From IMG/VR virus record IMGVR_UViG_3300042564_004221, positions 35,790-99,789 of that record: a stretch of DNA of 64,000 bases; one strand, given 5' to 3'. The notes under the pieces were generated by a model, which ran no database searches, was not told the DNA's origin, and saw only the letters and a list, made by a program, of their open reading frames with translations. Below are positions 40,865 to 51,069 of the stretch, piece by piece. Position 1 is the first letter of the stretch. The number at the start of each line of letters is the position of its first letter. The translations under genes were made by a program, and so were the position numbers. This DNA is from a virus.

Positions 40865-41567
40865 TTACTGTTAGACGTTCTCCTGACGGGGCTTGTAAAG
40901 TTTTAGTCATATCTAATCTTGGTTCATTTTCATTCATAAAATTTCTAATAAATTTTGAATCTGAAATTGGCATTGATTCAACAAATTTTGCAATCTTTGC
41001 CTTATCAGTTGACCCATCAACCTCAACAATCTCTCTTTCCATTCTCCAAGTAATTTTTGGAACAACTCTACCTGCAGGGTATGAATCGGCTAATTTACTA
41101 ATTGATAAAATTTCGCCATAATTTAAAGGTTTTATTTTAATAGTCGATTGTGATTTTGGTAAAATAACCGTAAAAGTTCCATCTTCATTTGGTTGTTGAC
41201 CATTAACAATACTTAATTGGTCTAACATTACTGAAGTTTTAAATGGTTTTTTAGTTCCAGGGTCAGTCAAATTTAAGGACATTTCAGGTCCAAACGCTGT
41301 ATTTCTTAAAAAAATTAAGATTGCTTCAACATCACCTTCAATAAGTTCTTCAACTTTAATATCAGGTTCATAAATTTTTGCACGTAATAAATTAAGTGTT
41401 AAATCACTACCACCGCCCATTAGAATGTTTTCATCTGAAGCAGTTAAATATCCTACTTTAATTGATTTTTTTTTGTTTTTGTAGAAAATACCTTGAGATG
41501 GTAAAGGTACCACATCATGTGGTAATGTAAAATTTTGTTGACCGTAGTCTATTGATTGTGTTTCCAT
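40824..41567 (-). CDS. Tail/baseplate assembly chaperone (T4 gp26-like)
   Basis: VPLPSQG...YLTASDENIL...GDVEAILIFLR...FG; ends GVDFFRPFF; lies between tube and TMP. Confidence 0.75.
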   Translation of the reverse strand: METQSIDYGQQNFTLPHDVVPLPSQGIFYKNKKKSIKVGYLTASDENILMGGGSDLTLNLLRAKIYEPDIKVEELIEGDVEAILIFLRNTAFGPEMSLNLTDPGTKKPFKTSVMLDQLSIVNGQQPNEDGTFTVILPKSQSTIKIKPLNYGEILSISKLADSYPAGRVVPKITWRMEREIVEVDGSTDKAKIAKFVESMPISDSKFIRNFMNENEPRLDMTKTLQAPSGERLTVNVGFGVDFFRPFF

Positions 41568-41571
41568 ATAT

Positions 41572-41609
41572 AAAAAAATTAACCGTAAAGTTTATTGCTC
41601 TACGGTTAA
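41572..41609 (-). terminator. Intrinsic terminator after tail tube gene
   Basis: TTAACCGTA/TACGGTTAA stem plus T7 on the minus strand. Confidence 0.6.
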
Positions 41610-41641
41610 ATATAATTGTATGTGAAAATTCGTAAATAGTA

Positions 41642-42130
41642 TTAGTAAACCAATACACATCTGTCCATACGAAGTGAACAAGTAATTTCCGCTAAAGCAT
41701 CATCACTATATCCTAAAGAACCAAAGTTAACGTCAGTTAAGAATGTTCCATAAAGAATCCATTTCTCAACAACAACACCAGTTGGGTCTAACATTTCAAG
41801 GTCAATATCTTTCTTATAACCAGCAGCATAACCCATACGACCTGTAACTGATTCAGCGTGTAAACGAACCCATTCCATAAGAGCTTGAGCGGCAGATGGT
41901 CCAATAGGGTCTCTAAATTTGACACTAATTGGGTCCCAATTAAATCTACCTGCAACGAATGTAGACGTGTTTAAAAATTGTATTTCAGTTGAACCAATTT
42001 TAATTGCTGGTCTTGAAGCTGTCTCCACAAACCATTCGTTAATTCCTAAACTTGATGGAAACCTTAATATAAACCTATTTTTTCTTTTTGGTTCGTAAGG
42101 TATCGGCATTTTCATTAATAAATCAGCCAT
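41642..42130 (-). CDS. Tail tube protein (T4 gp19-like)
   Basis: EPKRKNRF...AGRFNWDPISVKFRD...EW...YKKDIDLEMLDPTGVVVEKW. Confidence 0.9.
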   Translation of the reverse strand: MADLLMKMPIPYEPKRKNRFILRFPSSLGINEWFVETASRPAIKIGSTEIQFLNTSTFVAGRFNWDPISVKFRDPIGPSAAQALMEWVRLHAESVTGRMGYAAGYKKDIDLEMLDPTGVVVEKWILYGTFLTDVNFGSLGYSDDALAEITCSLRMDRCVLVY

Positions 42131-42232
42131 GTTATTTTAATTTTTTTTTGTATTTTTTAATTGTTTATATTCTATAAATATATCCTTGTTAAAAAGTTTT
42201 TCTATTTACTTTTTTTTTAACTGGATTATTCT

Positions 42233-43060
42233 TTACTTATATTCTTTTTTTATTCCAGATGCAGTAGAATAAGTCTTAACTAGATTATCTGGTTTATCTT
42301 TAAAATGTTTACTCATTACTTCTACATTTCTAATATCATCATCTGAAAATCCAATACTAGGTTGCTCTGGTATAAAATTATTTGAAATTTCATTTTTAAT
42401 AAATGCTCTCTTATTAATAATTCCTGACATAGCCTTAATATAAGAAACAAATTCTTCCATTGCTTTAACTTTTAATTCTTCAGGATTCGCAGCACTTCCT
42501 TGTCCAAAAATAACTGGATGATACTTATTAAGTTCTAAGTATGATTTAATTAGTTCGTCATCACTCATATCTTCCTCACCGACAAACGACCTATACTTTT
42601 TAAGATTTTTAATTAGTTCGTCTTTATCTATCCCATTATATCCACTAATAATGTAATTGTAAACGGCTTGTTTTAAAGTTTCGGGATTATGACCTCTTGC
42701 AGTTATAATTGAAAAGATTGAACCATTATTAATTGCTTCTCTGAAATCTGCAAATGCAGGACCTTCTTTTGCTCTCATAGCATCAATTAAAAAATCTTTA
42801 TCTCCACCTGTTCTAAAGTTTCTAAACGGGTCTTCAGCATAACCTACAATTGTTTCTCCTTGATATTTAAAAGGTTGTTTACCTAAATCGTGTCTGTATT
42901 TTGAAAAATCATCGGTACTCATACCCATTTCTTCTCCATCTTCAGTTTTAATCATAATCTTGGTTGGCATGTGAACAATGTTATCATCCCAATCAAATGC
43001 ATAGTATTTCATATCTGGAGTTCCGTCTCCTTTAAATCCTTCGTTAAGTTGTCTTTTCAT
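42233..43060 (-). CDS. HAD-superfamily phosphatase-like protein
   Basis: FDWDDN (motif I), ITARG (II), K (III), FSDDD (IV); start moved to ATG 43060 because the upstream ATG lies within a hairpin. Confidence 0.7.
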   Translation of the reverse strand: MKRQLNEGFKGDGTPDMKYYAFDWDDNIVHMPTKIMIKTEDGEEMGMSTDDFSKYRHDLGKQPFKYQGETIVGYAEDPFRNFRTGGDKDFLIDAMRAKEGPAFADFREAINNGSIFSIITARGHNPETLKQAVYNYIISGYNGIDKDELIKNLKKYRSFVGEEDMSDDELIKSYLELNKYHPVIFGQGSAANPEELKVKAMEEFVSYIKAMSGIINKRAFIKNEISNNFIPEQPSIGFSDDDIRNVEVMSKHFKDKPDNLVKTYSTASGIKKEYK

Positions 43061-43073
43061 ACTTTGGCTATTA

Positions 43074-43094
43074 GGGGGTACTTTATGTACCCCC
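43074..43094 (-). terminator. GC-rich hairpin after sheath gene (terminator or mRNA stabiliser)
   Basis: GGGGGTAC/GTACCCCC 8-bp stem with no clear T-run. Confidence 0.45.
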
Positions 43095-43105
43095 ATAATT
43101 TATTA

Positions 43106-46100
43106 TTAGATATTTTCAAACGAAGCACCTGTTGGTGTAATGAAGAACTCAATATCAATGAATTCTAACGCCTTCGTTGGTTTTAAGTAGATTTTACCCA
43201 CTAATCTGTTTGCATCTAAATCTTCAGGTGTTGAAGATACGGTTACACGGAAATCGTATAAACCTCTATCTCTTCTAATTGAATCTAAGATTGGGTTAAC
43301 ACTATCTAAGAATTGTTGTCTAACGACTTGGTCGTTTTGTTCAAACAATAATCTAATTGCTACCGCTGAAATTAACTTACGAGCTTGAAGTAATAATCTT
43401 CTTACGTTCAATCTGTTAAGTGCTGTGTCAGCGACTTGTAATGTTTTATTACCCCAAATTACTGTTCCAACATCAGAGAAAGTTGCGATAGGGTTAAGTC
43501 TACCTTGATACAATGTATCTCTATCAGTTTGAGTTAGTTTTTGTCTAGCTTTGATTGAATTTACAAGACCTCTTGTGTAACCCGCAGATGCGAACCAAGG
43601 GAATGCAATGTTATCAGTCAATGCTAAGTTTCTACAAACCTCACCTGTTGGTGGTAAATAGATTTGAGTATTGTTAACGGTATCTCTTGTTAAAATCCAA
43701 GGATAGTAAGTAGCTGTATAGTTAGAGTCAATTCCTGTATTATCCAAATTATCAACCGCTTCTTGTGAGTAGATGATATCTAAAGGATTAGTTGAATCAG
43801 GAGTAAACATGTTATAGTCAGGAGTTGTTGCAATGTAAACTGAGTCAGCTCTTGAGTATTGTACCATGTCTATCGCTTCTTCTACTAAGTTTGAGTTATT
43901 AACATAATCAATCGCACTTGTAGCAAACACGTTAATGTTTGTTGCTTCAGGGTTTGCGAATGTTAATATACCAAGTAAGTAAGCATAGTAATCGGTGTTT
44001 GCAAAATCTTGTGTGTTGTTTTGAACCACAATTCTTTTGAATAAACCGTCACCTGTTGCGGTTGGGTATCTTGATGATGGTGCCGCCCCCGCTAAGTAAC
44101 CTGATGAACCCAATTGGAATCTGTCTTCGTTAGTTCTCCATTCTCTGTAGATGTCCCATCCGTCAAATCCACCAGCAAAACATACTGTATATTTTCTTGA
44201 GTAGATGAAATAATAAGGGTTTTCTTGAGTTGATGGGTCTTCTCTGAATTCAGCAACACCACATTCGAACGCTGTTTCACCACTTGACATAGAAGTATTT
44301 GCAATTGTTACAACAGTTGCTCCTGAGTCCATGTGGAAACCTTTACTTAATACATTCCAAGGTTGACCTTCAGCCAAAGGATTTGAAATCCATCCTGCTG
44401 GTGTTTGTTTACCTTTATAAGTTAAGAATGATTCATCAATACCATATTGACTTGAAAAACCTAAATAACTTCTTCTAACAATATCTCCTGCCGATTCAAC
44501 TGTTCCTCCACCTGCGTTTGAACCGAATGGTGGGTTACTAATAACTTCACCAGGGTAGAAGTATTTTGTTTTAAATTTAGGATATGGTGATGGATACACG
44601 TTATAATCTTGATATTCTCTTTGAGTGTAACCATAGAATCCACAAGGTAGTGCATCTACAGGATAGTTGTCAGACAATTGAATCATTACATATTTCGATA
44701 TCAACGCAAATTCACCATCCGCAGAACCGATTTTTTTAGCCACAAAATTGTTAGAAGCTGGGTCCATGTTACAATTTGTGAATTTTTCAATAACCACTGG
44801 ATTAGTATCTGTATCAAAGAAATTTCTTACAAACACATCAAATGACATACTATTATATGATAAATTAGCAATTGAAACTTTAACTTCAGTATTTGCCGCA
44901 TCACCATCAGAAATTGAAATGAATTTGAATAAGTTATAAACTTTATTACCTCTTAATTCTGAAACTAAATAAGGTGTTTCAGGTGATTGATATTTTTCTA
45001 AATTGTATGCAATTGATGAAGTGTTTTCACTTCTAGCACTTGGTAATGCAATTAAAGTAGAATTTAATCCACGAATATAACCTTGATTATATGCGTAATT
45101 TAAAGAACTTTGATACGTTTCTTCAACATAAATAGGAACTTCAAATCTTGATTTACCAAAATTATCAACACCCAAAACTTTAGTAATGTACTTAGCACTT
45201 GATGCTAATAACGAAGTTTCAAGTTGGAATGTATCTCCGTCTTTTGTAATACCTGATAATGCAAATTGTTCATATGGTGATTGAGTAATACCTGAATATT
45301 GACCTGTCGAAAGTAAAGTTAAATCAGTTAAACCACTTACTTGATAAATTTGTCCGTGATTCTCACTTGATGAACTGTTAGTGTAAAGTGAAATACCTCT
45401 TGAACGAACAGTTGCAACAACCATATTATTAAAATCTGTATATGCAGTACCTGTAAACGTATATGAATTACCAATTACACTACCTGAAAAATTACCAACA
45501 GTATCACCTGTTAATGTGTTTATAGTATAGTAGAACGAATATCCAGTATATGCATTACCTGATGAAATATCAAAATTAGCGTAATACCAAGAGTCGTTCG
45601 ATGCCGCACTCAAATCATTTGCTTCATAATTATTTTCACATCCGTATGGACTGTTATCAACAGGATACGACGCAACAACACTATTATAAGTGCTTTGAGG
45701 TATTGAACCATAAATAACTGCAGTAGTTGCAGATGTGGTTGTGGTGTTAAAAATTGCACTTAAATAAGTGTTAAAATCATTTTGTAATGTAGATGTTGAA
45801 CCATCTTGTAATCTATACAACACATTTAAATTTGCAGTTACATTAGCAGGTAAATTATTTGTATTTGTAAATGTTACTGTTCCTCCTGTTGTTCCTGTAA
45901 ATGTTGCGGTAAACGAAGTACCTGAAGATGGGTCACCAATTGTTGTTGGGTCTACGTTAGCTATTAATGACAAACTCCAAGATGGACCCGCATCATATCC
46001 TGATAATCCCAATACTCTTGTAACAAACAATTGATTTGATTGTTGTAAATATGATTTAGCAATGTATGCCGCTTCATATTTAGGGATTTGAGTATTATAA

Positions 46101-46309
46101 AACTTAACGGGTTCTGTTCCCCCGAAATAAGCTTGAAATTCATCATAGTTTGTTATGAATACTGGTTCAAACGCTGGTCCTTTTAGTGTCTCACCAACAA
46201 GACCTAATGTCGTTACACCCACGCTTTGGGCTACGAAAGATAAGTCGGTTTCTGATGTGTATACGCCTGGTGATACGAATACTTTTTGATTTGCTTGTGC
46301 TGTTGCCAT
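43106..46309 (-). CDS. Contractile tail sheath protein
   Basis: VSPGVYTSETD N-terminus; PWFASAGYTRG, IWGNKTLQ, LNVRRL, KPTKALEFI. Confidence 0.95.
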   Translation of the reverse strand: MATAQANQKVFVSPGVYTSETDLSFVAQSVGVTTLGLVGETLKGPAFEPVFITNYDEFQAYFGGTEPVKFYNTQIPKYEAAYIAKSYLQQSNQLFVTRVLGLSGYDAGPSWSLSLIANVDPTTIGDPSSGTSFTATFTGTTGGTVTFTNTNNLPANVTANLNVLYRLQDGSTSTLQNDFNTYLSAIFNTTTTSATTAVIYGSIPQSTYNSVVASYPVDNSPYGCENNYEANDLSAASNDSWYYANFDISSGNAYTGYSFYYTINTLTGDTVGNFSGSVIGNSYTFTGTAYTDFNNMVVATVRSRGISLYTNSSSSENHGQIYQVSGLTDLTLLSTGQYSGITQSPYEQFALSGITKDGDTFQLETSLLASSAKYITKVLGVDNFGKSRFEVPIYVEETYQSSLNYAYNQGYIRGLNSTLIALPSARSENTSSIAYNLEKYQSPETPYLVSELRGNKVYNLFKFISISDGDAANTEVKVSIANLSYNSMSFDVFVRNFFDTDTNPVVIEKFTNCNMDPASNNFVAKKIGSADGEFALISKYVMIQLSDNYPVDALPCGFYGYTQREYQDYNVYPSPYPKFKTKYFYPGEVISNPPFGSNAGGGTVESAGDIVRRSYLGFSSQYGIDESFLTYKGKQTPAGWISNPLAEGQPWNVLSKGFHMDSGATVVTIANTSMSSGETAFECGVAEFREDPSTQENPYYFIYSRKYTVCFAGGFDGWDIYREWRTNEDRFQLGSSGYLAGAAPSSRYPTATGDGLFKRIVVQNNTQDFANTDYYAYLLGILTFANPEATNINVFATSAIDYVNNSNLVEEAIDMVQYSRADSVYIATTPDYNMFTPDSTNPLDIIYSQEAVDNLDNTGIDSNYTATYYPWILTRDTVNNTQIYLPPTGEVCRNLALTDNIAFPWFASAGYTRGLVNSIKARQKLTQTDRDTLYQGRLNPIATFSDVGTVIWGNKTLQVADTALNRLNVRRLLLQARKLISAVAIRLLFEQNDQVVRQQFLDSVNPILDSIRRDRGLYDFRVTVSSTPEDLDANRLVGKIYLKPTKALEFIDIEFFITPTGASFENI

Positions 46310-46428
46310 TATTAAATTATTCTGTTACAATTTATTTTATAGATAAATATTCATTATTTTATGAAAAAACTTTACTTTTGGTGAAGTATTTATAAACGGT
46401 AGGAATTAATTCTACCTTTTTTCATACT

Positions 46429-46590
46429 ATGAAAACAAAGAAAGAAATCAAGAACATTAAAATATCCCCTGAATCACACGATATACTGAAAAAGTACTGT
46501 GAGAAGAGGGGAATCAAGATTTATAAGTTTTTGGAAAATTTAATTATAGAAAAGTGTAAAGAGAAGAAAGATATCTACGGGGAAGATTAA
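46429..46590 (+). CDS. 53-aa ribbon-helix-helix-like DNA-binding protein
   Basis: Not in track; MKTKKEIKNIKISPESHDILKKYCEKRGIKIYKFLENLIIEKC has a strand-helix-G-helix pattern. Confidence 0.65.
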   Translation: MKTKKEIKNIKISPESHDILKKYCEKRGIKIYKFLENLIIEKCKEKKDIYGED

Positions 46591-47630
46591 ACTAATTGGT
46601 TTTCAAACAAAATGTTTGCTTGTTGAGTATTATCCGTTTTTGTAATTTCTATTCTTAAAACATCATTTGTTGTTATTTGAATTACTTGAATATCACTACC
46701 ATAGTAATCACCATTAATATACACATCAAAGGTGTTAACATTATCCAATGACACAACATTCATATTGGCGGTATAATCAATTACGTCTGTTAATATTGTA
46801 TTACCCGAAACAAATAGATAGTTATTCTCAAACTCGTTAGGATTTTCAGGATATTTTTTTCTTACTTGTTTTCTTGTTGTTGTATCTATCTCAATTAATT
46901 GAGTAATTCTTTGGATGGCGGGTTTAACCTCAAACTCATCTTCATCAATTAGATATCCTAACATTGTAAAATCATAATTCTGAACGTAATATTTTCTTGC
47001 CTCCATTGTCATTTGAGATTCATCGGAAACATTGTCCATTACAATTGGAACATATTGACCTTTAATAAAAGTATATGCTTGTCTTGATGAGAATTTTTGC
47101 ATAACAATCTTATTTAATTGATTGAGCTCTCTCATTCTATTACAAATGATTTTCACACTATATTTTATATCAACAGGAACTGGTTGTGGAATTGTGTAGA
47201 TGTCCATACCCTGTTCATTTCCGTTCCAAGTAGGAACCGATGCATAATAAAATTGTTTTCTATTTGGTATTGTATATTGAAGTGATGGGTTTGTACCATA
47301 TTTAACTTCAGGACTTCTAACAACTGTGATAAATGGCGGGGATGGATTATAATCCAAGTCCACAAATTTCCATGATTCTAAATATTGTGACCAGTTCTGA
47401 GTTGTAATAATAATATCCAACATTGGAACTATTTTTCCTGCGGTCACAACTTCTAATTCAGTTTTAACAAAATCTAGCATACCCCTATCCAAATCGGCAT
47501 GTAATACTGACTTAGGTAGATATGTTCCATCTTCCCTAATATAGTCCAAAAGTTGTTCTCTACGAGCAGACAATTCTTTTCTTGGAACTAATGGTAATGT
47601 TTTTTTAACTATTGTTTTTGGTAATGCCAT
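46587..47630 (-). CDS. Tail completion/terminator-like neck protein (gp15-like)
   Basis: PQPVPVDIKYSVKI motif; lies between head-closure and sheath genes. Confidence 0.6.
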   Translation of the reverse strand: MALPKTIVKKTLPLVPRKELSARREQLLDYIREDGTYLPKSVLHADLDRGMLDFVKTELEVVTAGKIVPMLDIIITTQNWSQYLESWKFVDLDYNPSPPFITVVRSPEVKYGTNPSLQYTIPNRKQFYYASVPTWNGNEQGMDIYTIPQPVPVDIKYSVKIICNRMRELNQLNKIVMQKFSSRQAYTFIKGQYVPIVMDNVSDESQMTMEARKYYVQNYDFTMLGYLIDEDEFEVKPAIQRITQLIEIDTTTRKQVRKKYPENPNEFENNYLFVSGNTILTDVIDYTANMNVVSLDNVNTFDVYINGDYYGSDIQVIQITTNDVLRIEITKTDNTQQANILFENQLV

Positions 47631-47634
47631 TATC

Positions 47635-47997
47635 TTATTCTATTAGAAATACTTTATCTTTTAAGTTAATCATATCAATTTCTTTGGCATGAAAAACAGG
47701 TTCTCCGTTATTTTTAAATACGAATGAATCGTATTTGTAAGGGTCGTAAGTTATAATTTCATTTGAAGATGGTGTTGGAATGTCTTTAGAATAACGTTCA
47801 GAGTATTCTATTAATTCTCCAATGACAAATGCGTGAACGTTTTTTCTCTTTTCACTTCTAACTTTTTCTTTTCCGCCTTGTCTAACTCTAAACTCAACGT
47901 CTTTTAGTTTAACATAATCGGCATACATAATCACTTTACTGTTATGTGTAACAGAAAAGGTATGTTTGTTTAAATTATAATATACTTTTACTTTCAT
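47635..47997 (-). CDS. Conserved phage hypothetical protein
   Basis: KVYYNLNKHTFSV...RKNVHAFVIG...YDPYKYDSF; 120 aa. Confidence 0.65.
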   Translation of the reverse strand: MKVKVYYNLNKHTFSVTHNSKVIMYADYVKLKDVEFRVRQGGKEKVRSEKRKNVHAFVIGELIEYSERYSKDIPTPSSNEIITYDPYKYDSFVFKNNGEPVFHAKEIDMINLKDKVFLIE

Positions 47998-48396
47998 TTA
48001 TCTATCTACTTTTGTCCATGTTTTAACATAAACTGAAACATCTAATGGAACTCCGTATCTTGTTATATCAACATTAAATACGTCTCTTAAGTACATTATA
48101 ATATTACGTCTAATAATATTTTCATTATCTTTGGGTATTTGATTGAAATAAAATACCAATTCAATATTATCTATTGAAAAATTTTCCATACCATAATGGA
48201 CGGAACCATCTTTATTTACCTCAATCTTATGAAGGTCATTTTTATAAGTTGATTCAAAAAAATTAACTATTGATGGTAATAATTTTTCAATCTTTTTCTT
48301 ATTAGATTTAATTTCTTCAATTATATCTTCTGTAGAATCTTCTTCTTTCCCTTTTTGTTTTTTTTCCTGTAAAACTTTACGAATTAAATCTCTCAT
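47998..48396 (-). CDS. Hypothetical protein (N-terminal IRKVLQE motif)
   Basis: ATG 48396 directly follows the upstream stop. Confidence 0.55.
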   Translation of the reverse strand: MRDLIRKVLQEKKQKGKEEDSTEDIIEEIKSNKKKIEKLLPSIVNFFESTYKNDLHKIEVNKDGSVHYGMENFSIDNIELVFYFNQIPKDNENIIRRNIIMYLRDVFNVDITRYGVPLDVSVYVKTWTKVDR

Positions 48397-48397
48397 A

Positions 48398-48910
48398 TTA
48401 TAATCCTCTAAATTCGTTTTCACTTACGTAAGTTGCAACAATTGTTCTATAGAATGGTTTGTAACCAGCATAGGTATGTTTGTTATCGGACCTCACATAT
48501 CCGTCATCACTAACCGCATAATATCTAACTCTGTCCTCAGATTCATAATAACCAAGATAATCACCCATAAATATTTCAACACCCAATTCATCAAGTTGTT
48601 TTTGATAAAGTGAAAATCTCATATTACCTGGCTCTTGTTGTTCAACTTTAGAATTACCCAAAAATTTATTGGTTGGAGCCATAACTTGGACAAGTCCTTT
48701 TAATTCTACGGGTGCCAAGAATTGTATTCCGTCTTCTAAAACCTCACCATAAACTGCATCGGTTTTTGTTTTATATCTATCAATACGATATAATATAACG
48801 GTGAAATTCATATCACCCTCTAACCATTCTTCACCCATTCCGATGTCTAAATTGTAATCTTCAGCTCCGAAGAACTTACCTAATCTTGTAATTGGAACTA
48901 ATTTTTGCAT
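48398..48910 (-). CDS. Head-closure/neck protein (gp14-like)
   Basis: VILYRID...DAVYGE...GDY pattern; neck context. Confidence 0.6.
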   Translation of the reverse strand: MQKLVPITRLGKFFGAEDYNLDIGMGEEWLEGDMNFTVILYRIDRYKTKTDAVYGEVLEDGIQFLAPVELKGLVQVMAPTNKFLGNSKVEQQEPGNMRFSLYQKQLDELGVEIFMGDYLGYYESEDRVRYYAVSDDGYVRSDNKHTYAGYKPFYRTIVATYVSENEFRGL

Positions 48911-48911
48911 A

Positions 48912-49220
48912 TTACTTTTCTTTTTGTTTATTATAGTATGATTCAGATGATATACCTGTCGAATTAATTATCACATCAGCATTAAAATAACTTTTAATTG
49001 AGTATCTAATCTCATTATTCCATTTCAACCTATTATCTATAGTAGATGTATTTAGATAAATGCTATCATCAGGAACAATATATTTTATGTCCATATAAAA
49101 TTCATCTTCTCTAATTCCCAACGGGGTTAAACGAAACTTAATGTCTAAAACCCCCTTAGGTTTAATCACACTAGTAAATTTATTAATTGCGTTGGTTAAT
49201 TCTTCTTCCGACATATTCAT
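48912..49220 (-). CDS. Hypothetical protein
   Basis: 102-aa ORF with TATTTAT upstream. Confidence 0.5.
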   Translation of the reverse strand: MNMSEEELTNAINKFTSVIKPKGVLDIKFRLTPLGIREDEFYMDIKYIVPDDSIYLNTSTIDNRLKWNNEIRYSIKSYFNADVIINSTGISSESYYNKQKEK

Positions 49221-49276
49221 ATATTGATAAATACTTTATTTTTACTTATATTTAAAGCAAACTTTTATTAAAAAGA

Positions 49277-51028
49277 ATGGAGATAAGTTTAGAGTCAAGA
49301 GCAATGATAATTCTTGAAACTTACGAGGGTGGTAATAACCATATTTTGGAGTTAAAACGTAAATCACAGATTAACAAAAAATTCTACCCAACAAGAAGTC
49401 AATCAGAATATATTATATCGTTCCACGATAAGCAACCAAAGGTTGCAAGAAAGTGGGTAATCCTTGATGCCTACTTCGCTCAGAAATTAGCTGACGATAA
49501 ATTATACACCGAAATACCCGATAAGATTTGGGTTGAAAAACTTTTGGCGGATAAAGAAAAGGCTTACCATATTTGGGGTAAAGTTTTTGACACAGAAGAA
49601 TTACACGATTTTTGGTTACCAAAAGCGGCAATCATTAAAGACAACTCAGTCAAAGATGTTGTAATTGATTATTCGAAATATTCTAATCGTCCCCCACTTG
49701 AACATCAAAAAGAAGCAATCCAAAAATTAGTAGAAAACAAAAAGTTCATCTTGGCAGATGATATGGGATTGGGTAAAACCACATCTACGATTATTGCAGC
49801 ATTAGAGACAGGAGCTAAAAAAGTTTTAATCATTTGTCCTGCAACTTTAAAGATTAATTGGAAACGTGAGATTGAAAACTATTCGGACAAACCAATCTAC
49901 ATTGCTGAAGGTAAAAATTTTAACACCGATGCTGATTTTGTCATTACAAACTACGATATCATTAAAAACTTCCACGACCCTAAAAAGAAAGATGATTCAC
50001 AAATTCTTTTATCTAAATTTGATTTAGTTATTGTTGATGAAGCACACTATATTAAGAACGCTACAGCTCAAAGAACAAAACTAATCAACGACATTGTTAA
50101 GAATATTGATAGGATTTGGTTGTTAACTGGTACACCAATGACATCAAGACCAATAGATTATTTTAACTTGTTAAGTATTATTGATTCTCCCGTCGCCCGT
50201 AATTGGATGGCTTACGCAATTAGATATTGTCAAGGGTATCAATTTAATGTTGGTGGAAGAAAAATTTGGAATGTCACAGGAGCGTCAAACTTAGAAGAAT
50301 TGAGAGACCGAACTTTAGGTTTAACATTAAGAAGATTAAAAGAAAATGTCCTTGATTTACCTGACAAGATAATCACACCCGTTTACTTAAGATTAAAGTC
50401 AAAAGAGTATGAAGAAGTTATGGGTGAGTACTACGATTGGTATGACAAAAACCCTGAAGAGTCAAAATCGTTAACAGTCCAATTTTCAAAATTAACTAAA
50501 GTTAGACAAATAATTGCCGATGAAAAAATTACTCAAACAATTGAACTTGCCGAAAACATATTAGAACAAGATAAGAAAGTTATTATTTTTTGTAATTTTA
50601 CCGATTCATTAAATAAGATTGCCGAACATTTTGGAAAAGCGGCGGTTAAGCTAAATGGAGCGATGTCAAAACCTGAAAAACAATATTCTGTTGACCAATT
50701 CCAAGAGAACCCAAAGATTAAAGTTTTTGTTGGAAACATTAAAGCAGCTGGTGTCGGGATTACATTAACGGCAGCAGAAGCGGTTATTATGAACGACTTA
50801 TCATTTTTACCTTCGGACCATGCACAGTCAGAAGATAGGGCATATCGTTACGGTCAAAAAAATAATGTTTTGGTTTATTATCCAATATTTGAAAACACAA
50901 TTGAAGGTATTATCTACGACATCCTAAACAACAAAAAACAAGTTATTGCAACAGTGATGGGAGACAACTTAAACCCCGCAGATGCCGCAGAAGAAATTCT
51001 ACAAAGAATTAATAAGTTGAGACATTAA
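49277..51028 (+). CDS. SNF2-family ATPase/helicase (SMARCAL1/HARP-like)
   Basis: LADDMGLGKT, DEAH, LTGTP, GVGITLT, QSEDRAYRYGQ. Confidence 0.9.
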   Translation: MEISLESRAMIILETYEGGNNHILELKRKSQINKKFYPTRSQSEYIISFHDKQPKVARKWVILDAYFAQKLADDKLYTEIPDKIWVEKLLADKEKAYHIWGKVFDTEELHDFWLPKAAIIKDNSVKDVVIDYSKYSNRPPLEHQKEAIQKLVENKKFILADDMGLGKTTSTIIAALETGAKKVLIICPATLKINWKREIENYSDKPIYIAEGKNFNTDADFVITNYDIIKNFHDPKKKDDSQILLSKFDLVIVDEAHYIKNATAQRTKLINDIVKNIDRIWLLTGTPMTSRPIDYFNLLSIIDSPVARNWMAYAIRYCQGYQFNVGGRKIWNVTGASNLEELRDRTLGLTLRRLKENVLDLPDKIITPVYLRLKSKEYEEVMGEYYDWYDKNPEESKSLTVQFSKLTKVRQIIADEKITQTIELAENILEQDKKVIIFCNFTDSLNKIAEHFGKAAVKLNGAMSKPEKQYSVDQFQENPKIKVFVGNIKAAGVGITLTAAEAVIMNDLSFLPSDHAQSEDRAYRYGQKNNVLVYYPIFENTIEGIIYDILNNKKQVIATVMGDNLNPADAAEEILQRINKLRH

Positions 51029-51069
51029 TCAACAACGGATTATTTATATACAACTGATAATCCAGAATA

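Noticed and set aside
15764-46309. Bacterial contractile injection system (eCIS/T6SS/tailocin) rather than a phage
   Set aside because: Tail genes are interleaved with viral replication genes and head-neck genes, and no cellular housekeeping context is present.
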